Assembly (NCBI GenBank): GCA_021613535.1
Contig: CP075495.1
Location: 4,402,001-4,466,000 of the forward strand
Direction: 5' to 3'
Length of the DNA stretch: 64,000 nt
Source of the DNA: Adineta vaga
Lineage: Eukaryota; Animalia; Rotifera
The notes beneath the pieces are model-generated. The model was not told the DNA's origin. It did not search any database and was given only the letters and a program-made list of their open reading frames with translations. The translations under genes and the position numbers were made by a program. Shown here piece by piece: positions 38,593-51,387 of this stretch (positions within the stretch are counted from its first letter, which is position 1; every line of letters begins with the position of its first letter).

Positions 38593-40009
38593 ATGGTTTC
38601 ACTACAAATACAACCATCTCTAACATCTTTCTCTCATCGAAATAGTAGTCTACGAAGTAGATCTCAATCTGATCTAAATGTACAGAGTTCCTTAGTAGAT
38701 AAATTCAAATCTGGAATACAATGGATTATCGATCCATTTCGAGAATGTTGTTCAGTCAATCAGACTAATCATCCATTAACAAAGCATATCGTCGATTCAC
38801 AATGTTTGAAACTAGAATTCAATCGTGTAAATGGTCTACTGAAATATTTTACTTTTGGTGTAATGTTTACTAATGGCATGTATGTATCTCTCTTAGAAAT
38901 CATATGATTTCGGAAACAAAAAGTGATATGTCGTATGTTTAGAATGGGTTTTCTTCTATTTTTTATTGGTCTATGGAGTTCATTCGAACACCGTAAAATT
39001 AATTATATGCCATCTGTTCATCGAAAAGAGACAACATCAGTTAATTCATTTTATTTTATTGGCATTGTTCTATGTGTATTTGGTTTACTATTCTTTCTTT
39101 TATGTATTATTAGTTGTTTGGGAATTAATCGAGAAAATTTAAATCTTCTTCGTATATCACTTGTTGGTCAATTTTTTACATTAATCATTTTTCTAATATC
39201 AGCAACGATTATATTGATATGGGGTGAAAAAATTCGACAGAAAATTGGTGAAACAATGATGACTGGATTGAAAATGCATTATCATATTGACGAAGCATGG
39301 ACAGCATTTTTTGATAAACTTCATATAAGTTATTTTTGTTGTGGTATATCAAATCATTTCAATTATTCGATTCTATTTGTTTCACATATGAATAATTCTT
39401 TAGGTATATATTCCTTCGATGATTGGAATCATAATCCTAATTATGCATGTACATCTTCGAATATTGTTCAAAATTTCGGTATTATTTTCATTATGAAATT
39501 CATTTCTACTGATTAATTATATATAGATGCTTGCTCAGTGCCTTATACATGTTGTAAAACTACACAAAAAGAAGTAAATAAAGATTTTCTTTTTAAATTT
39601 CAATTCGTTTTTATACTTGCAAGAGTGATAGACATACTAATTCGAAACCTCTTGCGTATACTTGTGGTATAGTTGATTTAATATTTAAAAAGAAATAAAA
39701 CAATTCTTAATATAATCAATAGGTGAAAATGTTTTGTCATCTAATGGTACAATAATGGATATGAATGAAATTCAAGAACGCATTAATATTAATGGATGTT
39801 TTGATGAAATTCTGCCTGTTATTCAACAATTGATTATAACAGCTGCTGTATTCATGTTATTGATCTGTATTATTATATTTGTGACGATCTTTCTAACTTG
39901 TTTATTAACATTTGAAATTCGTTTAACGAAATCGAATGTACAACGATATTGTAGGAAAGGAAGTTATGGTGATCAAATTGAAGATATCGACAAAGAAGAA
40001 ACATTTTAA
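38593..40009 (+). CDS. Tetraspanin
   Basis: Four TM segments; CLGINREN loop, CCG motif, SVPYTCC, GCFDEI; six exons including two about 45-nt exons. Confidence 0.88.
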
Positions 40010-40412
40010 TCAAAGAAGGTTGAATACATTTTCATGTTGAATTAAGAAGAGATAGGATCACTTCGCTTGAAAACATCTATAGATGACTATCATAAATTGT
40101 TGTTCTTTTGATGAAAAGACATATTATTCGTATAAATATTTAAATTGATATATGTTTATTGAGTAGTATGATTAGTGAAGACCAGAATATTATAGTTCAT
40201 ATTCATTTGAACGTTTTTCTAATTAAGAAAACGAGAAAAAAACATCTGTTAGTATTTTTGTCATTCTCAATGATTTTGTGCAACAATAAGATATATCACA
40301 GAAGTCTATTATTCGTTTTATCAATAGAATATATGTAAAATAGTTTCGTGAGAATTTGATGTTTTGAATTAGAAATATGGTGGTTGAGAAGATCATTATG
40401 TAAAAATTGAAA

Positions 40413-41698
40413 TCAATTAAATTTTGGATATAAACTGGATGATGTCGATTCAGCATACGAAGGAGGAGGTGCCGATGGTTGTACATCATACATAGGTGAA
40501 TTGAGTGATGTTGTTGGTGATTGTTGATGATACATCGATGGATGTGGAGGCATGTATGGATTTTCACTATTATGAAGATGATTATCATACGGATTCATAT
40601 GATATGGTTGTGTTTGATGCGGAAACGTCGGTGGTTGATGAACTGGCTGTAAATATATGATCGATAATGAATCGATATGAGATTCACAAAAACGATTTCA
40701 CTTACGACTGGTATAATGGAGAATTGTGCCTCAACGTTCTTATCTTTGATATGCGATGTTTTAAGATGACCATCTGCTGTGATTGAAATGAAACAATTCT
40801 TATATGCACATGATTCAAATGCTACTAATTCACTACTGCCAAGAATATCATGTATACGAAAATCAATATTAACATTATTCTTAGGTCCAGGTGGCTAAAA
40901 CAAAATAATTAAAAACATCGTTTTAGTAAAGAGAAGAAAGTATGCATACAAGAGTTATAATACATGGGTGTTTATCTTGAAATGCTAAATAGTTGCAATT
41001 ATTATGAAAACGAAATCGACCCTTTTCACCTTCTTCAACATTGAAATAAGCTATAAGAAGAAAAAGAAATAGAAATTAAATTAATAAATTTTCTTTTCTC
41101 TTTAAATATCGATTTTTCATTTCTTTGAAAGCTTACTATTAAACGCATTAGCTGGACCATTTGCATCGAATATAAGACTACCACTGGAAGACATTACAAC
41201 TTGTAATAAATGACTCGAATGTTTTGAAATTAATTGAATGACTGCACCATTTTGAATAAGTTCCTTTTGAATAAAAATTCAGAAAATTTTTTATCGCAGA
41301 AATAGAATTTATTTTCAATCCTACTCGTGCATTTCGTCCAACTGTCACAGCACTATTGAATTTATTTGTAACAGATACGACTGCATCTTCAACAAAATGT
41401 CCGAGATGTGTTGTGGTTGCTTCAATCTTTCCAACTAGTGTCTGTCTGTCTCTATTTTGAGATTGATGTTGTGTGGGTAATGATGGATAAGCACTTGCTT
41501 GTGAATATCCAGCTGTTGAGTTGCTGTATGGGAATAAGAGGAGTCTGTATTTGACGACGATGAGGATGGACAATGATAAAATGTAGGTTGTGATGGAGAA
41601 ATTTCTTGATCAGATCTTGTATCTTTATTTTTCTTTCGAAGATCATTGACTTCTTCACGTACCATTCGAACAACTTGATTATTAAAAATATTCTTCAT
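40413..41698 (-). CDS. Uncharacterised protein: beta-trefoil-like domain plus Pro/Tyr-rich tail with PSAP/PPSY motifs (1-nt frameshift at about 41533)
   Basis: Five exons with GT-AG introns give NGAVIQLISKHSSHLLQV...YFNVEEGEKGRFRFHNNCNYLAF...FRIHDILGSSELVAFESCAYKNCFISITADG...AQFSIIPV, then QPSAPPPSYAE...LYPKFN*. Confidence 0.65.
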
Positions 41699-42951
41699 GA
41701 TTTAATCTAGTATCAAAATTTATTTTGTACAAAAGACATAGTTTTTTTTCTACCATAGATGGCGCTTGTGTCGCTAGTACATTTTCTAATTAAGACTTTA
41801 TTTACGTGTTCTATTAATTAAAATTATTCTTTGTTTTTCTCTTGTATATATTCGAAATTTCCCTTAGATCAAGCGAACCTTTCTTTCTTTCCTTCCCTTT
41901 TCTTTTCTTCTATCGTGTCTCGCGTCAGTTCTCTCTTTTCTTTTCCATTCTATATTTTCGTTCATTATGTTTAGAAATTATATTATCAGACATCGTTATC
42001 AACAAGATTGCAATCGTCATAATTTCTGTCTACCAAGAATTTTCTATAATATTGACTTCTTCCACTTCAAATTTAACGCGACATATTCTCATAAAGTTCG
42101 CTTGCAGTTTCTCCGATTCTGTTCTTTTTCTCGAAACATCTCACGGAACACTAAGACGACAATGAACGGATCCATTTCCCTTTCTTTCTCAAGAAATCAT
42201 CTATCATATCTCTCTCTCTCTCTCCCTTTCGTTTCATATTCTCGAAGCTTCTCTATCCTCATCTTACCGACATCAGTTCATTCATAGTAACAAAAAATAT
42301 ATCAGCATATATCATCATTGTCATCCACCATTCTCCCAATAATCGAGCCTCACAAACTTCTTACATACAAATTCATTGGTGGAGGAGGTTCGAGCTTGTA
42401 CGTCTGTTGTACTATATATACCCACTGCAAAACGCTCATTCTCATTGCATTATCCTTCTTGACGAGTAAGACATACCCACAAACACCGACGACAACTCGA
42501 TCTGTAAGTAGTCAATTTTACATACATAATCATGCGCACAAATCTTGAGAATGACGAAAAGTCAGTAGTTCGTTAGAATGAATAGAAAGTAGAAAAAAAA
42601 TTAAACAAAAAAACACCGTATTGTTTATTCAATCTAACTTGTTTTTCTCTTCTCATAGTTGAATAAATAAATAAATAGAAAATCGACTAGTTTTATTACT
42701 GAACATTTTCGAATAGAAAACTAAGTCAGAAGAAGTATACTATTTAGAAATAATTATTCTAACTGTCGTTTTGTCAAACATAAGTGATTTAATTCTCAAC
42801 TGAAATTTAAGAAGAAAAAAAAACATTCTAAATAAAATACAGCAAAAGAATAATAAATCTTTCGTTCTGTCTATTGTTACTCGGTCGGTCGGTCGGTTGT
42901 TGGAAGGAAGAAAAAGGAAGGAATGTCAAAATATACGATCGAAGAGAACAA

Positions 42952-42960
42952 AAGATGGCG
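42952..42960 (+). promoter_or_regulatory. YY1-like AAGATGGCG motif upstream of H3.3 (second copy AGATGGCG at 41757-41764)
   Basis: Exact YY1 core near the starts of both divergent genes. Confidence 0.4.
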
Positions 42961-43009
42961 CTTTGAATCAGAGAATATTTATCTCTTTTTCTCTTTCAGA
43001 TTTAATTAA

Positions 43010-43482
<473 letters not shown>

Positions 43483-44124
43483 GGCGATTCAAAAGAAGAA
43501 AAATATATATTCGCAGCAAAATGACTGTTTATTTGTATATGTGTGGTTTTTTTTTCGTGTGTACTCTAGTTTTCGTTTCTTTTTTTTTGTCGTTGTTTCT
43601 TTCTTCGATATCTGTATTTGAATCAGAACTGATTCGAACTATCTAATAAACTTATCATATCTAACTGACAATGATTTCATTTCATTTTCTATATAGAAAT
43701 CAACGAAGAATCTTGCCGAACTAAATAACCTTAAGTGTTTGTTTTTGAAGCAAATATCCCATGTTGAAATAATCCAATAATATAATAACACGTTTATAAT
43801 GTTCTTGTTGCAAGATAAAGAAACACAGAGAAAGAAAACAAACAAACAAATAAACACGTACATCGAATCCAAACGAATAAAATAAAGATAAATAAGTCTT
43901 CCTTTTTTTCTTTAAGAATCAAAAACAAGAAGAAGAAGAAGAAGAGGAAGAGAAAAGAAAAAAACAAACAATCATACACATAAATATACGGAAAAAGAAG
44001 CAACAAAAATCTAACGACATACACACACACGATAAAGAATAAATAGAATAAAAGGAAATAAACAACAAACAACTGTACACAATCAGTTCTTCGTTCTTCC
44101 TTTCTTCCCTTTAAATTAATATAC

Positions 44125-47022
44125 TTATTCATTAACAGTACGATGGGATAATTTCAATGTATCATTCCCAATTGCAGGAGTTGTACGTTCAACACGAATA
44201 ATTTTCAATGGTTTACCTTCAAATGTATTTGAATCATGATCAAGTTTTTCATTCGAATTTTCAATAACAATCACTTTTTCATTAATACGATAATTTGATG
44301 TATGATTCAATCGAATTGTTTTATAATCATTTGAAAGTATAATTGATGGTGTCGATTCAACAGGTAATGTTCGTTTTAAACATCCCGATGACGGACGTTG
44401 TGTCAAACAAGCTAATAACAATCAGAAAACGTAATTTATTTCTTATATGTCAAAAAGAAATCTTACTTGTTTCTTCTTCATTCTGACCTGATTTGAATTT
44501 CTTATTCATATATCTTTCAACTGAATTTGAATAAGTGTATCCTGGTGCAGCTGTTTGTTGTTGTTGTTGTTGTTGTTGAGATGAAGATTTATATTTATTA
44601 TTCGATGGTAAATAAGGCCCATGATGATGCTCATGTTCGTCATAAGATAAAAGTACACGCGATTTATAATTATTTGGAATATAATTTGAATAAGTTGGTT
44701 CTTGTTTAATGATATCTTGTTGTTCCATTATTGATTTTGTTGTGCTTGTTGTTGAACGTATATTACCTGATGAATCAGGATTATTTGATGATGTTAGGGA
44801 TTTTTGTTGTGTTGATGATGAACCATCATTCGAGGAACGCATAAAATCATCGACAGATTGTTTATTTACTATAGGTGACCAAATACCAAATAAAACGGCA
44901 AAAAATAAACAGAGAACCTATATAAAAAAAACTACATAGAAACTTGGAGAAAAACAAGAAGATGATTATTACCATTAAAACTTTGCCTGTTGTTGGTGTT
45001 CCTTTACCAACCATTGATCGAAGTGATTGAAGTTCTTGCATCAATGATCTAAAAACCAGAAAATATTCAATAAGAAAATAGATCGTTTTTCTTTGCGTAA
45101 ATTCTACGTATTTCAATTAGCATTATTAATAAGCTTTCGGCATGTCAATATTTATGACATTTAATAATAAAATACCTCGAGTACTAGCATTGTCAAGTAG
45201 AAAAATAGCATTCTATCTTTTGACTTTTTTTTACACATTATTCAGATGCAAATGACTTTCGTTTTAAATGGAATAATCAAGAAGCCAAGATCTAGATTTG
45301 CATATGATAATTTTCACCTTTCATTTTTTTATATATTAGCTCAAAATTAAAATAAATAATTCTAAAATTGTTCATGGATATTCAAAGGATCATTCCAATT
45401 TCGGAAACGAGTTTTTATTCATCGGAAAAATGTCTTGTTCTTATCAGATACACGATGACAACATGACCTCTTATCTGCTCTAATTATCTTCCGTATAACG
45501 AATCTCGACCGGGTACGTTTCCTTATCAAATAATTGATGTTGATTTGATAAAAAAAAAGGCTATTAATCTATAACTTCATTTGAATCAATATTTTTTCTA
45601 CAAACTTTTCGAAATGAATTTCTTTTAGGTTTCATTATATCTTTAAATAAACATCAATAACATTCTTCTGTAAGTAGAATATACTAATATTATTTGAAGA
45701 ATTCGTTCGCATTTACCTTTGATTTTTTTCCATGGTTGAAACACGTTCTTTAAGTGCGCCATTTTCATCAATGTATTTGGCAATTTGTCGTTCAAGTGTG
45801 TCGACATACTCTTTTTTCTTTCGACGACTTTCTTGTGCTGAAATCTAAAATAATACAAGAATCAAGTACATGCTTGTCAAACACACACTCATTCATATTC
45901 GTACTTTATTTTTTATTTTTCGTCGGATTTTTTTCAAAACTTTCTCTTCAGTTTTATTCAATGGTAGTTTGGTTGGAATTTGATAACCTTCTTGTTTAAT
46001 TAATTTCAATTCTTCATCAGTTAATAGTAACGGACCGGATGATGGTAATTTCTAAAATTAAAATAAAAACATCAGAAATAGAAAACAGATAGAAGTATAT
46101 TTTTACATCGAGATTAGTTAACATTGATGATGAACCTTTATTAAAACCATAAGGATTATGACGATGTAAACGATTTTTCATATAATTATTTTCATGAGAG
46201 ATATCCGGTGATGCTGTTGTTCGTTCATCGGGTGATTCACTGCCTGTTGATGGTGTCATTGGAAGATTATCAATATCCGCATCTAAAAGACGAATTTAGT
46301 CAAAAAAATGAATATCTTCCTCTTTTTCTTCTTACATTCATTGTCATCCATTGGAAAATCTTCGATAGTAGTTGATGTTGGTTTCGTTGTCTCTTCATTA
46401 ACTGTTGGTGTTTGTAATGTATTGATCAAAATTGTTGGTAAACAGTTTGTTAATTGAATGAAATTAGTTTGAGATTTATTTGAATTATTTGGTGCTTGTA
46501 TATAAACGACATTGCCTTTCGTTAGTTGTACTACTTTTGGTAAATGTTGATTAGCTATCTTAGTTGTATTGATAATAACCGGTAGTTTTTGTGGTGGTGG
46601 AGGTGGCGGTGGTAATGTTGGCTCAAGTTTTTCATTCGTCGTTTCGGTTTCGAATGGTGAAAATGGAAAATCATCTAATATATCAATTGTTGATGTATGA
46701 TTCGATGATGAAGAGGAATCAGGTGATGGAAAATTATCAAAAAATTTCTTTAATTCATTTTCAAACTCTAGAAGAACAAGACAGATAATAGTTGATATTA
46801 TTCACTGTTTGAAAGTGCAAAAAATAACTGATCTTTACCAGGATTATCCGTCATATTAGAGATTGTTTCTTGTTCAAATCTAGTTGGACTTGTCAGTGGA
46901 TAATCAAGATCGATACCACCGAGATTTTCATCATTAGAAAATAATAAACTTTCGGGTAAGGCTGACATTTGTCCATCATTGTATAAATTAAGAAGTGGAT
47001 CAGTAACAGGATCCATCATCAT
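44125..47022 (-). CDS. CREB3/OASIS/CrebA-family membrane-tethered bZIP transcription factor
   Basis: LTDEELK...[25 protein letters not shown]|[18 protein letters not shown] bZIP, followed by the TM segment [16 protein letters not shown] and a luminal tail. Confidence 0.9.
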
Positions 47023-47653
47023 TTTTATCACCTGAAATGAAAACAAACGAAATGAAACAATTCTGCTATATCAGTTAACACTTCCTTATTTTTTGTTTTT
47101 TTCTGTCTATGACTCATAAATAACAGACTTTCTTCGTCCAATAATAAAACGAAGGAGATGACGCTCGAGAGATAAACAAATGTAAATATATGGGGAATTC
47201 TTTCTTTTGGTTCGCGATATTTCCCAGATGATAGAAAAGAAAGAAAGAAATCTATGGGATAAAATTGTCGAAGTTAGGATTTGATCTCAAATAAATATTG
47301 TTCGTTTTCTTTTCGGTTAAGAGAAAAAGAAAGATTGTCCTTGAGAAAACTTTGATATCATTACAGACAATAATAAGAAAAAAAAGCATCTGTGACGCAC
47401 TCAGTAATGCTTCGTTTTCTTTTAGTATAGTCTCGATTAATGGATTCGAATAGCCTTCGTTACATCTGACAGTTGTTTTTCATGACACGAACTGACTGAT
47501 GATTTGTTCGTGTTTTTTTTATACGATGAAATACTCACCTTTCGTATTGAAAAGAGGAAAAAATACTTGCAGCTGGGGCAGGCAGTCAAATATGTAAGAC
47601 GTCGTCGAGAAATGACGGTGTTTTTTTATGATACGAAGATTTTTTTGTTTCCT

Positions 47654-47664
47654 GCCACGTTGGC
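47654..47664. promoter_or_regulatory. CCACGT box (CREB3/XBP1-type element) in the divergent CREB3-like/GOLT1 promoter
   Basis: GCCACGTTGGC near-palindrome in AT-rich intergenic DNA. Confidence 0.35.
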
Positions 47665-48317
47665 GACTACTCAGAAAAAAGAAAAGAAAATGGATGATTC
47701 AAATTATTCCATTGTTGTATTCATCTTCATTCATCTCGACATCTCAACGCTAAAATACGACTCTATAATAGTGAAGAAGAAATTACAGCTCTTCCCGATC
47801 GATACGAACGTTTGAATACTCTGTAATTATTTCTTCCTTTTTTTTTCTTTGCTTTTTAATATTACGAGTAAACGAGCGAAAAAAAAGACGAAGAGAAGAA
47901 ATAAAAACCTGACGAAAAAGAAAAGAATAACGCGTGCATGATAATCGTAGTATGAATAGTTTAACTTGACGTCGTTTGTCTAGTGGTCGTCAATAAGACG
48001 TAAATAAAACATAAATAGAATAATTTATTTTATTTTAAATCATCAATTTCTTCTCACAGCTTTAGTAAATAGAAAAACAGACCTACTGACTTGTTTTGTA
48101 TATGAATGTTTGTATGATCATTCTTTAGATTGCGCGATTGAATCTATTGAATTAAGCTCACGCGTATTACGTTGGTTGAACGTGACTCGATCAGCCTTGT
48201 TGAACACAACGTGTCTAAAACAAATATAACCTTTACATTCAATGTGATCTGTCTCTGTTTAGATTTTCTTTTCTTTTCTTTGTCTCTTTCGTCGTTTTTA
48301 TTTGTCTTCTTTCACAA

Positions 48318-48900
48318 ATGGCCTTCTGGGATTTAAGTGATAGTCAACGGATGGGTGCTGGGTTAATTGGTTTCGCTTTCTTTTTTATTCTACTTGGATT
48401 TGCTCTTTTCTTTGATCGAGCTTTATTAGCACTCGGTAATATATTTCTTATTGTTGGTGTTATACTTCTCTTGGTATGTTAAATTACTTTTTTTAACTAT
48501 ATTTATTATTTATTGTTTATTGTTTATTTCTTTTGAATAGGGTCTTGGTCGTGCACGAACTTTTTTTGTACAACCAGATCGTTTAACTGGTTCAGCATGC
48601 TTTTTTGCTGGTATTGCATTACTTCTTCTTCGTTGGCCCATCGTTGGTGTTATCTTAGAAATCATTGGATTTTATAAATTATTCGGTGGATTCTTTCCAG
48701 TTATTATATCAGTCATTCGATCTATTCCTGGTTTTGGTTTAATCTTATCATTACCATATATTTCAACATTAGTTAATAAATTAGAAGGTACAAACAATCG
48801 AAAATCAACAATTAAAAAACCGGTTGTAACAACAATTCCATCAGCTCCATCTCGTTCTGTAAATATTGGTCAAGAACTTAGTAGTCGAAATGTGAAATGA
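48318..48900 (+). CDS. GOLT1: Vesicle transport protein Got1/GOLT1 (not in the ORF track)
   Basis: MAFWDLSDSQRMGAGLIGF...FFDRALLALGNIFL|GLGRARTFF...RWPIVGVILEIIGFYKLFGGFFP; one intron at about 48474-48540. Confidence 0.92.
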
Positions 48901-49850
48901 ACCTTATATTGTTATGTTTCTTATCGAATGTTTTATGAAAACAGATATTTCTAGTTCAGAGAAAGAAAAAAAACCAGAACAATGAAATATAGGAAAACCG
49001 CACTTTCACTAATGAAATAAAACCTATGGCGATTTTATTATAACTTTGTACTTATAGTTATTTGATATCGATTGATAAAAAAGAATACATGTAAAACTGA
49101 GTCATTGGATAAATAACACTCCTAAAATATATTGATTCAAGTAAGAAAATTGACTATTTCGAGAACATTATCTGTAAAGCTATCAAGTAGCTATTCAGAT
49201 AATATTTTACGAATGAACAAGATCTAGAATAAAATATATACGAATAGGTCTATCTTATAATGCAAAATTTGAACATTTGCAATTATTTGATGTGGTTCTT
49301 TGTCTATGTTACGATAGAGCTATAAGAGATTTAACTTCATTGTGTTTATCTTCTTTTCAAAATATATACGAAATGTTTTCGATATCTCTGTTGAATCATT
49401 TGTTTTTACGTATATTCTTTGAAGATATAACAAGCAATGACCATGAGAATTAGAAAAATAATGATACGTAATTGTTTATCATGATGATATAGACAAGAAG
49501 AAGAAAAAAACACAGTCAATCTTTTTTCTCCAACTATTATACTGTAGACTAACTTAAATTCTACTTCTAATTATAAAAAAGATAGATTTCAACACTACTA
49601 TACAAGTTTATCGTTTCGTGACTTTCAAAATTAATTTTCATTGAAATCTAACGGAGAAAAAAAGGCTCCAATGAAATTTCCCTTCATCATAATGATTTTA
49701 TCGAGTTCTTTTTTGTGTTTTATCTTTTGAAAACTATCTATTGTTTTCTTTCATTATTGACGTTGTTCGAAAAACAAAGGTGCAACATGATATATATATA
49801 TAAATATACCAGATATTTCATTATTAAAACTTTCAGTGAATAAACAAAAG

Positions 49851-51387
49851 ATGGAGAAAGAAGATGATGTAGAAAAACCTTTACTCCCAGGAAGTTTACC
49901 ACGTTGGTGGCGTGTGTTACCAACACTTACACTATTAATGATGATCACAACAATCGATAGTTTAATTCTTAATGATTTCATTGAATATCGTTATACAAGT
50001 TTATATAAAGTAAATTCATCTTCATCAGAAAATACACGAGAATTATGTTTAAATGCAAGTCGAATGGCACGTAATGCTAGTTTAATATCAACAACAACAT
50101 CAATATATCCAATATCGACAACAATGTCATGGAATACGATTATTCAAGCGTCAACAGCTCGATTAAATGTTTATATATCTCTTGCTGCTACTATACCTGC
50201 TATTTTAACTTCAATTTTACTTGGTGCCAATTGTGATCGTATCGGACGAAAACCTCTACTTATTTTACCATACTTGGGAAAGATCATTCGATATATAATT
50301 CTTACAGCTGTTGCTTATTATGATCTTTCCAATCTTTGGATTATTTTATCTGTAATGTGTGATGGATTTTTTGGTACAGCAGCATTGAATATTCTAAGTT
50401 CATTTGCTTATGTAACAGATTGTACAACAGAAAAAACACGTACAGTTGGAATTATCATAGCTGATGTATGTATTGGTTGTAGTCGATTTATTCCCTTACT
50501 TACAATTGGAATTTATCTACAACAACCAAAATTTATTCAAACAATGCTTTTTACATTATTCCTAAGTGTTTTTGGTCTTGTTTTCTGTATCATTCTACAA
50601 CCTGAATCAAATTTAAATGTTCAACATTTAAATATTTTTCAACAATTAAAACGAGTCAAATTTAGTCTTCTACCCAATGTTTTTCGTGTCTTTTTTGTTA
50701 AACGTTCCGAACATAAACAAAGATCATTATTATTCTTAGTTATCATACATTTATCGATCATTGTTATGATTATGGGAAATATGGCAGTGTTTTATCTTTA
50801 TCTATATGGTGCACCATTTTGTTTAGATTCATTTGGTGTCAGTTTAAATAGTGTTGCACAAACGGTTACTGTTATTCTTCTAACGATTCTATTTACGTTA
50901 ACAATTGCCAAACGTTCCGATCATTTAATTCTACCTGCACTTGGTTGTTTAGCTTATATGATTCAATTATTTTTATTTGGTATTGCACAAAGTGTTTGGA
51001 TTTTATATTTAGCTGTATCTATTGGTGCATTTCAGAATGTTTTAGTACCTGTAGTTCGTTCACGTATTACAAAATTAGTTGAACCAGATGAATATGCTGT
51101 TGTATTTATACTTGCAAGTGTTTTTGAATCCGGTGGTTTTTATGCAGTTAGTGCATTTGCAAATGAAATTTATCGGGTATCATTAACATTTTATCCAGGT
51201 CTTGTTTATTTTGTATTTGCAAGTGTTGGCATTCTGGCAATTCTTTTGATCTTGTATGTAAAAGAATGTTTTTCTACTCATCAAAAATATATGAAAATAT
51301 TTCTTATTTTTCTTTCTTTTTAGGATTTTATATATTCTCGAATATCGACCAACACTAAAAAGAAAATTTACAAGTTTAAATGAGTAA
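49851..51387 (+). CDS. MFS transporter, SLC46 (PCFT-like) family
   Basis: About 12 TM segments; LGANCDRIGRKPLL, FAYVTDCT, LYLYGAPFC, VRSRITKLVEPDEYA; short terminal exon after an intron at about 51254-51323. Confidence 0.88.

Noticed and set aside
41842-42548. Overlapping short + strand ORFs between the beta-trefoil gene and H3.3
   Set aside because: Non-ATG starts, F/S/L-rich low-complexity translations and no splice-consistent model; probably promoter or non-coding sequence.
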